The notes under the pieces: model-generated
The model's database searches: none
The model's input: only the letters and a program-made list of their open reading frames with translations
Told to the model about the DNA's origin: nothing
Source: Terriglobia bacterium
GTDB lineage: Bacteria > Acidobacteriota > Terriglobia > 20CM-2-55-15
NCBI GenBank assembly: GCA_965218585.1
Contig: CBDCLE010000007.1
Coordinates: 39,241 to 103,240 of the forward strand
DNA: 64,000 bases
Reading direction: 5' to 3'
Translations under genes and position numbers: made by a program
In this document: piece after piece, positions 59,731-64,000 of the stretch
Position numbering within the stretch: the stretch's first letter is position 1
Layout of the letters: the number at the start of each line of letters is the position of its first letter

Positions 59731-59929
59731 ACCTCCATTTGGTCTAAAGTCCGCTGCTACAGGCTTAGCGGAGAACACGGGCGTCGCCCGACGCCGGAAC
59801 CGGCTCCGGATCGAGACCTTGTGCTCGAACAGCAGGTTCGGGGGGTCTTGTGCGCCCGTCCCAGTGCCTGCGACCGCGGCCGGATGACTTCATAACACAG
59901 CAAGAGTTTTTCCGAGGAGGAAGAGAATC

Positions 59930-60949
59930 ATGTCAGACAAAGAGCTAGCCCCGGTACCACTGGAGAAAATCTACGATGAGCACAGCCCAGCCATGCAGGA
60001 GGCTCTAGGGAGCCAGGGCTTCTTCACGCGTGAGATTCGGGACGGCATCTACCTGCTGACCGAGGGCTGGTATCACGTCCTGGTCATTCCGACCGATGAA
60101 GGCACTGTTGTCGTCGACGCCCCGCCGACGATCAGCCCCGATTTCTACAGGGGCGGAAACCTCGTCAAGGGCGTCCAGTCGATTTCCGATGCCCCCGTCA
60201 GCCACCTGATCTACAGCCACCATCATCACGACCATGTGGGTGCTGCAGGTGTTTTCAAAGAGGCTTTCCCCGACGTCAAGATCGTCGCCCAGGATTACTG
60301 CGCGAAGCTCGTGGCCGAGGCCAACGATCCGGGACGTCCGGTCCCGACCGAGACCTTCCAGGACAAGATGACTTTGAAGGTCGGCAAGCAGACGCTCGAT
60401 CTCCACTACAGAGGGGACATCCACTGCAACGGCAACATCTTCATCCACGCTCCCGATCAGAAGATCCTCATGGTGATCGACGTGATCTTCCCGGGCTGGG
60501 TTCCGTTCAGCAGTCTGGCCATGGCCAGCGACCTGAAAGGCTTCCTCCGTGGTCATGACGAAGTGCTTTCTTTCGATTTCGACACCCTGGTCAGCGGACA
60601 TCTGACACGTCTGGGAAACCGGGAAGACGTGAAGATCCAGCAGGAATACTTCAAGGACATGGAAACAACTGCGTTGAAGTACCTCGGCGAACGTTTCCGT
60701 GGCAGCGTGGATGACGCGAAACGAGAGGCGATGAAGACAAATCCCATGGACGTCGGCGATTTCATGACGATCGGCATGGACATCGGATTTGAAAACGCCT
60801 GGGCCGTCTTCGACAAGTACCTCAATCAGATCGCGGACAAGATCACCGAAGAAATCGAACCTCGGTGGCTTGGCAAGCTGGCCGCTGTGGACATTTTCAC
60901 GCGCTCCCACGCGTGGGAAATGCTGGAGAGGATGCGCATCGACGCATAG
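59930..60949 (+). CDS. Cytoplasmic MBL-fold hydrolase
   Basis: VDAP, YSHHHHDHVG, H, ID and SGH motifs; GAGGAG RBS; no signal peptide. Confidence 0.88.
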   Translation: MSDKELAPVPLEKIYDEHSPAMQEALGSQGFFTREIRDGIYLLTEGWYHVLVIPTDEGTVVVDAPPTISPDFYRGGNLVKGVQSISDAPVSHLIYSHHHHDHVGAAGVFKEAFPDVKIVAQDYCAKLVAEANDPGRPVPTETFQDKMTLKVGKQTLDLHYRGDIHCNGNIFIHAPDQKILMVIDVIFPGWVPFSSLAMASDLKGFLRGHDEVLSFDFDTLVSGHLTRLGNREDVKIQQEYFKDMETTALKYLGERFRGSVDDAKREAMKTNPMDVGDFMTIGMDIGFENAWAVFDKYLNQIADKITEEIEPRWLGKLAAVDIFTRSHAWEMLERMRIDA

Positions 60950-61074
60950 CGGACCAGCAGCAATCACGTCGGACGGACACTTACGGTTCAGTGTCCGTCC
61001 GCCTCTTCCAACCTGCCGGACCGAGAGGCACCGATTTCTGGCAGGTATTTTTGTGTCTGAACTGAAGAGACCTG

Positions 61075-61866
61075 ATGATCCGCGCTCAAGACCTCGTAAA
61101 GACCTTCGGCGAACATACAGCCGTCGATCACGTCTCGTTTGAAGTTCCGGAAGGGGAGATCTTCGCTTTTCTGGGGCCGAACGGCGCCGGAAAGACGACC
61201 ACGATCAAGATGCTGACCACCCTGCTCGCACCGACGAGCGGCACGGTGGAAATCGACGGCCTGGATCCGACCACCCACCAGAGCGAAATTCGGAAGCGCT
61301 TCGGCATCGTCTTTCAGGATCCCAGCCTCGACGACGAGTTGACCGCATGGGAAAACATGGAGTTCCATGCCGTTCTCTACAAAGTCCCACGCGAACTGCG
61401 GAACGAACGCACCCAACGACTTCTCAAACTCTTCGAACTCTGGGACCGGAAGGACGATCCCGTCAAACAGTTCTCGGGCGGGATGCGGCGGAGGCTGGAG
61501 ATCGCCCGGGGGCTGCTGCATACACCGCGGATCCTGTTTCTGGACGAACCCACGCTGGGACTCGATCCACAGACCCGCAACCAGCTTTGGACGCACGTCA
61601 AGAGACTGAACGAAGACGAACGCGTCACGGTGTTTCTGACGACGCACTACATGGAAGAGGCCGAACGCGTCGCTCACCGCATCGCAATCATCGACCACGG
61701 ACGCATCATCGCCCAGGGAAGCTCCGAAAAACTAAGGCAGGAAACCGGAACGGATACGCTGGAACAGGCCTTTCTGAAACTAACTGGCCACTCGATCCGG
61801 GAAGAAGAGGCCAATCCGATGGACCAGATGCGCAACATGTCGCGGCTGTGGAGGGGGAGGCGTTGA
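61075..61866 (+). CDS. ABC transporter ATP-binding protein (DrrA-like)
   Basis: GPNGAGKTT, FSGGMRRR, LDEPT and TTHY motifs. Confidence 0.93.
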   Translation: MIRAQDLVKTFGEHTAVDHVSFEVPEGEIFAFLGPNGAGKTTTIKMLTTLLAPTSGTVEIDGLDPTTHQSEIRKRFGIVFQDPSLDDELTAWENMEFHAVLYKVPRELRNERTQRLLKLFELWDRKDDPVKQFSGGMRRRLEIARGLLHTPRILFLDEPTLGLDPQTRNQLWTHVKRLNEDERVTVFLTTHYMEEAERVAHRIAIIDHGRIIAQGSSEKLRQETGTDTLEQAFLKLTGHSIREEEANPMDQMRNMSRLWRGRR

Positions 61867-62608
61867 GCGTAATCTACATCCTGTGGCTCCGCCAGTTGAA
61901 GCGTTACGTCCGCTCCCGTCCACGCATCATCGCATCGCTCGGGCAGCCGTTACTGTTCCTGGTGGCGCTAGGCTTCGGATTCGGTCCGATTTTCGAACAG
62001 GCGGGTCAGGGCGATTACCTTCAGTTCCTCGCTCCAGGCGTGATCGCGATGAGTGTCTTGTTCACGGCGATCTTTTCGGGTATCGAACTCATTTGGGACA
62101 AGCAGTTCGGTTTTCTGAAGGAGACGCTGGTCGCGCCTGTGCCGCGGTTCCAGATTATGTTGGGAAGGACGCTGGGAGGAGCCACGGTGGCCATTTTCCA
62201 GGGTTTCATCGTCGTGTTCTTGTGCATGCTTGCCGGATTTCGGCCCACACAGGTGGCAACGCTGCCCCTGGCCATCGTGTTCATGGCGCTGATCGCAATC
62301 ATCTTCACGGCTCTAGGAACCGCCATAGCAGCCGTGCTGCCAGATTTCCAGGCGTTTCCGTCGTGATGAACCTGCTCGTGATGCCGATGTTCTTCCTCTC
62401 CGGCGCCCTGTTCCCACTCGCGAGCGTGCCGGACGCGCTGGTTCTGGTGGCAAGTATCGATCCGGTGGCTTACGGCGTGGACGGACTCCGGGCTTCTCTG
62501 GTCGGCATCGAGCATTGGGGAATCGGCATCGACCTTGCGGTTCTCTCGATCCTCAGCATGCTGTTCCTCTCCCTTGGCGCCTACCTGTTCTCCCGAATTG
62601 AGGCTTGA
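61863..62608 (+). CDS. ABC-2 permease (frameshift near 62360)
   Basis: FLAPG, WDKQFGFLKE.LVAP, then PMFFLSGALFP and P..YGVD.LR in the next frame. Confidence 0.85.
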
Positions 62609-62655
62609 TAGATTGAGACGGAGGAAAGCGACGCTGGAAAGGTCGACGGTAACTC

Positions 62656-63189
62656 TTAAGTGTTCGTCCCCTTCTCCGATCGGGCGACTTCTACGATATG
62701 GTGGCCCAGCTCGATTGCAGTCTCGATTCCGTCGGGAGGAATGGCTTCAACAGGAGACGAGTTTCGGCCACCCGCCTTGAGTCCCAGAGGTGCGATGGCT
62801 TTGGCAAACACTGTAAGTCCCGGTTCGCTCCCCAGGGCCACGCCTACTTTGCCTTCAAGCTTCCCCTCGGCTCCCATCTTGCCGAGGAGCTTCAAGTACC
62901 CGCTCCATTCCAGAGAAGACGCCGTGAACTCCGCCGGCACACCGAAAACGAGCACATCCGCCTCAAGAACATGATCCTCGGTGGGGCGCACATAATGGGC
63001 GTTCATGCGTTCCAATTCGGATTCGAACTCAGGAAACTTCTGAATTACCGCTGCCGTATCCGGGTCGGGCATCCGCCGCATCCGTATTGCTGCGCGACTC
63101 TGCACGGCTCCCACTGCGACAGACGTGGCCAGTTTCTCGGTTGCGCCACTGAGGGAGTGGAACGCTACCATAACGATGACTTGAGACAT
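62656..63189 (-). CDS. WrbA-like flavodoxin-fold protein (divergent)
   Basis: FHSLSGATEKLA..V..GA, AD..VFG.P and G.LEGKVG motifs. Confidence 0.7.
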   Translation of the reverse strand: MSQVIVMVAFHSLSGATEKLATSVAVGAVQSRAAIRMRRMPDPDTAAVIQKFPEFESELERMNAHYVRPTEDHVLEADVLVFGVPAEFTASSLEWSGYLKLLGKMGAEGKLEGKVGVALGSEPGLTVFAKAIAPLGLKAGGRNSSPVEAIPPDGIETAIELGHHIVEVARSEKGTNT

Positions 63190-63198
63190 CGAACGGCC

Positions 63199-63915
63199 TC
63201 AGGGTAAGTCGAAAACCAGGATTTCACCACCTTCTCCGCTTCCCTCGATAGAAAGCCGAGGCTTCGTCACTGATCGGCCGCTCCGTCACCCTGTCCTGGA
63301 GTGGACAGACCGTTGAGGGAAGCCTCGCTCACTTTCACAACCTGCACCCAGGCGTGACGTTCTGGGCGCGAGACTATGTTCTACCGACTCTCCCTCGCCA
63401 AGTTCGGTAACGAACAATCGGACGTCCTGATTGATGAACACGCCCTCGTTGGCTCCGACATCCGGTCCGGCCAGCAAACGCAACCGGCCTTTCTTCTCTT
63501 CGGGTGGGAATGCGATCTGCTGATAAGACGGAGTCAGGCCTTCCGATTTCGGCTCGATCCAGATCTGCATCATGCGGATCGGTTCACTCGGGGATTCGTT
63601 GTACTCACTGTGCACGATGCCGTTGCCCGCCGACATTGCCTGAATTTCGTTGGGCCCGATCGTATGTTCTTCCCCCATGTTGTCCCGATGCGAGAGGCTT
63701 CCCTCGAGGATATAGCTGATGATCTCCATATCGCGATGAGCATGGGGCCCAAAACCCATCCCCGGGCTGATGCGATCTTCGTTCATCACCCGGAGGGTAT
63801 GGAAAACCACGATATGCTCGGGATCGTAGTAGCCGGCAAAGGAAAACGTAAACTTGGCTTTCAGCCAGCCCTGGTCGGCCTGGCCCCGGTCTTCACTTTT
63901 GCGAATCGTGATCAT
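63199..63915 (-). CDS. Pirin-family protein, YhhW-like (frameshift in the 3' part)
   Basis: LRVMNED, HAHRDMEI, MSAG.GI.HSE and QIW; C-terminus ILVFDLP* in another frame. Confidence 0.88.
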
Positions 63916-63954
63916 CGGTTGATTGTCCTTTGAAGGTGGGCCGCTCCCCTGGCG

Positions 63955-64000
63955 CTATGCCTCCTCCGGACGTAACGCCATATCAAAATCGATAACGGTT
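63955..64000 (-). CDS. Probable 3' end of an upstream gene entering from the right edge
   Basis: Reads ...TVIDFDMALRPEEA* and ends 40 bp before the pirin start. Confidence 0.3.
   Translation of the reverse strand, partial: TVIDFDMALRPEEA

Noticed and set aside
59760-59900. GC-rich self-complementary leader before the MBL gene as a riboswitch
   Set aside because: Pairing is possible, but I recognised no known aptamer consensus; an Rfam search is needed.
10424-60949. MBL genes as beta-lactam resistance determinants
   Set aside because: HxHxDH motifs are generic to the fold; no B1-type Cys ligand or similarity to known carbapenemases was recognisable.
6500-63400. More than a dozen 1-bp frameshifts (symporter, aminotransferase, TonB receptor, NmrA, SDR, MBL, permease, pirin) as mass pseudogenisation or programmed recoding
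   Set aside because: Some fall in homopolymer runs (for example the extra A near 48310) and the reconstructed proteins otherwise look intact. Long-read consensus error is the simpler explanation, and polishing is needed.
1-64000. CRISPR array, cas genes, retron or DGR reverse transcriptase, prophage, integrase
   Set aside because: I saw no regularly spaced repeats and no RT, cas, integrase or phage structural motifs. The 52-bp duplication is exact, without the adenine-specific changes of a DGR TR/VR pair.

Overview
A bacterial window with moderately high GC, probably from an Acidobacteriota-like organism (inferred from Oar-type TonB-dependent transporters, DUF6152-like proteins and many exported MBL-fold hydrolases). 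Core genes rnr and tRNA-Leu(CAG) lie at the left edge, followed by about 62 kb of accessory DNA. The dominant theme is a repeated, uncharacterised periplasmic module: six paralogues of an exported Cys-pair protein superfamily, two DUF6152-like proteins with a predicted mature N-terminal His-His, exported metallo-beta-lactamase-fold hydrolases, and Oar-type TonB-dependent transporters. Other highlights are a deiodinase-like selenoprotein split by an in-frame UGA with a SECIS-like hairpin, an IS1595-derived cargo element (22-bp TIRs, 8-bp TSD) carrying a P63C-domain gene, and an HGGG-type alpha/beta hydrolase with Asp at the nucleophile position. The window also holds a beta-alanine-type aminotransferase/MMSDH/symporter operon and a MetE-like/NmrA/SnoaL/SDR operon. 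Five further IS elements (IS5, IS1182, two IS256, IS21) disrupt genes or mark deletions. Many 1-bp frameshifts, some in homopolymer runs, suggest uncorrected long-read errors, so pseudogene calls based on indels alone are doubtful. All family assignments come from motif recognition; no database search was run.
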